Source of the DNA: Tabrizicola sp.
Lineage (GTDB): Bacteria > Pseudomonadota > Alphaproteobacteria > Rhodobacterales > Rhodobacteraceae
Direction of reading: 5' to 3'
Assembly (NCBI GenBank): GCA_041752895.1
Contig: JBGSVS010000541.1
Location: 1 to 38,875 of the forward strand
DNA length: 38,875 nucleotides
In this document: positions 37,427 through 38,875 of the stretch, piece by piece
Numbering within the stretch: position 1 is the stretch's first letter
Layout: each line of letters starts with the position of its first letter
The notes under the pieces: generated by a model
Database searches by the model: none
What the model saw: the letters and a program-made list of their open reading frames with translations, nothing else
Told to the model about the DNA's origin: nothing
Made by a program: the position numbers and the translations under genes

Positions 37427-38844
37427 GGATCGCGGCAATTGACCAGGGCACAACCAGAACCCGCGTTCTGACAATGGGCGCGGACGGCAGTCTGACCCCG
37501 GTCCTGTCTTTGCCTCATGCGCAAAGCACCCCCGTGCCCGGCCATGTCGAGCAAGACGGCAGGGAGCTTCTGGCCAACATCCAGCGGTGTCTGGCAGCAA
37601 CTTCAGCCGATGTCGTCGGCCTGGCAAACCAGGGGGAAAGCTGTCTTGCCTGGGATGCCCGCGATGGGGTGCCCCTCTGTCCGGTGATCTCGTGGCAGGA
37701 CGACCGAACGGCAGGCGTAACTTCCGGGCTGGAACGTGATGGCACAGCCCCCCTGGTGATAGCGCGGGCAGGTCTGCCGCTTGATCCCTACTTCTCAGCC
37801 TCGAAACTCGGCTGGATCCTGCAGCAAGTGCCATGTGCGGCGGAACTGGCTGTAAAGGGCCATCTGCGGCTTGGCACGACCGACGCCTACTTCCGCGACC
37901 GCCTGACGGGGCGGTTCGAAACTGACATCGCCACTGCCTCGCGCACGTCCCTGATGAACCTTGCGACGGGGGAATGGGACGCAGACCTTTGCGCCCTGTT
38001 CGGTGTGCCGATGGAGTGCCTGCCCCGGATCGGCCCCACCTCTGGCGATCTTGGCACCTTGCCCGGCGGAGCCCGGCTTGCAGCCTCGATTGTTGACCAG
38101 CAAGCTGCCCTTTACGGCCATGGCTGTCATGCCCCGGGGTCCGCAAAGGTGACGTTCGGCACCGGCGCCTTTGTTCAATGTCTCACCGGCACGCTCAGAC
38201 GACCCGACACGCCCGGTCCCCTGCCAACCGTCGCCTGGCAAGCGGAAGGTGAGCCCGTCACCTATGCCCTGGACGGAGGCGTCTATGCGGCCGCATCAGC
38301 CGTCAACTGGGCAGGCGAGCTTGGCCTGTACGAAGGCCTCGATACGATCTCCACCTTCGACGCCACGACTGCCATCGACCGCGGCATCGCCTTTGTTCCA
38401 GCGCTCGCTGGTCTTGGCTGCCCGCACTGGAACCGCGCCGCTAGGGGGGCATGGCTCGGCCTGTCGCTGGCCGACGGCAAGGCCGACATGATGCAGGCGC
38501 TGCTGGAGGGGATTGCGCTGCGCACGACCGAAGTGCTGAAAGCGATGGGTAATCTCTACCCGTTCCAGGGTCCTGTCTCGGTGGACGGTGGCTTGTCGCG
38601 CAATCCCTATTTCGTCCAGTTCCTGTCAGAAGTCGCCGGTCACGACCTCTTCCTGCCCGACGAGACTGAACAGACCGCCGCTGGCCTTGCGCGAATGGCA
38701 GCCAAGGCGGTGGGCATTCATCTTCCCGATCCGCGACCGGGGCGGCATGTGCCGGCATCCGACCTGAACCGCGTCGACCGGATCGCCCGCTTCACCGCAG
38801 CCCGCGAGGCGGTCGAGGGCTTTGCCGCGCGCATTCCGGGCTGA
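37423..38844 (+). CDS. FGGY-family carbohydrate kinase, glycerol kinase-like
   Basis: IDQGTT, NQGE, WQDDRT, DPYFSASK, ASRT, DQQAAL, KVTFGTG, VDGG; ATGA overlap with the upstream gene. Confidence 0.9.
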   Translation: MRIAAIDQGTTRTRVLTMGADGSLTPVLSLPHAQSTPVPGHVEQDGRELLANIQRCLAATSADVVGLANQGESCLAWDARDGVPLCPVISWQDDRTAGVTSGLERDGTAPLVIARAGLPLDPYFSASKLGWILQQVPCAAELAVKGHLRLGTTDAYFRDRLTGRFETDIATASRTSLMNLATGEWDADLCALFGVPMECLPRIGPTSGDLGTLPGGARLAASIVDQQAALYGHGCHAPGSAKVTFGTGAFVQCLTGTLRRPDTPGPLPTVAWQAEGEPVTYALDGGVYAAASAVNWAGELGLYEGLDTISTFDATTAIDRGIAFVPALAGLGCPHWNRAARGAWLGLSLADGKADMMQALLEGIALRTTEVLKAMGNLYPFQGPVSVDGGLSRNPYFVQFLSEVAGHDLFLPDETEQTAAGLARMAAKAVGIHLPDPRPGRHVPASDLNRVDRIARFTAAREAVEGFAARIPG

Positions 38845-38875
38845 ACGGCGACCCGATCACACCCCTTCCAGCCGG

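Noticed and set aside
1-38875. CRISPR array, tRNA/rRNA, prophage, defence system or integrase
   Set aside because: No regularly spaced repeats, RNA gene signatures, or nuclease/recombinase motifs were found by eye

Overview
GC-rich accessory catabolic region, probably from an alphaproteobacterium of the Rhodobacteraceae type (inferred from gene content). It is built from discrete modules. (1) A partial amidohydrolase (lactonase-like) divergent from a ribose-type (CUT2) sugar ABC transporter. (2) An isolated YegD-like Hsp70. (3) An IclR module: NAD-dependent epimerase/dehydrogenase, CUT1 sugar ABC transporter, two tandem VOC/glyoxalase proteins and a DkgB-like aldo-keto reductase, with a shared palindromic operator visible in both divergent promoter regions. 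(4) A GntR module: CUT1 ABC transporter, four enolase-superfamily (MR-like) dehydratases and an RraA/HMG-type aldolase. (5) A decaying zone: Zn-dehydrogenase with an in-frame amber stop, TIM-barrel isomerase, IS6 transposase remnant, HxlR/SDR pair, hydrolase remnant, and an NADP-oxidoreductase whose start position reads ATT. (6) A TRAP transporter divergent from an operon of GlpA-like oxidoreductase, FAD oxidoreductase and FGGY kinase. The strongest leads are the two uncharacterised sugar/sugar-acid pathways, degenerate palindromic repeats at module junctions, two genes with ATT at the start position, and a 16-bp duplication that creates a 7-codon relay ORF. No rRNA, tRNA or CRISPR array was seen. 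All family calls come from motif recognition, not database searches.
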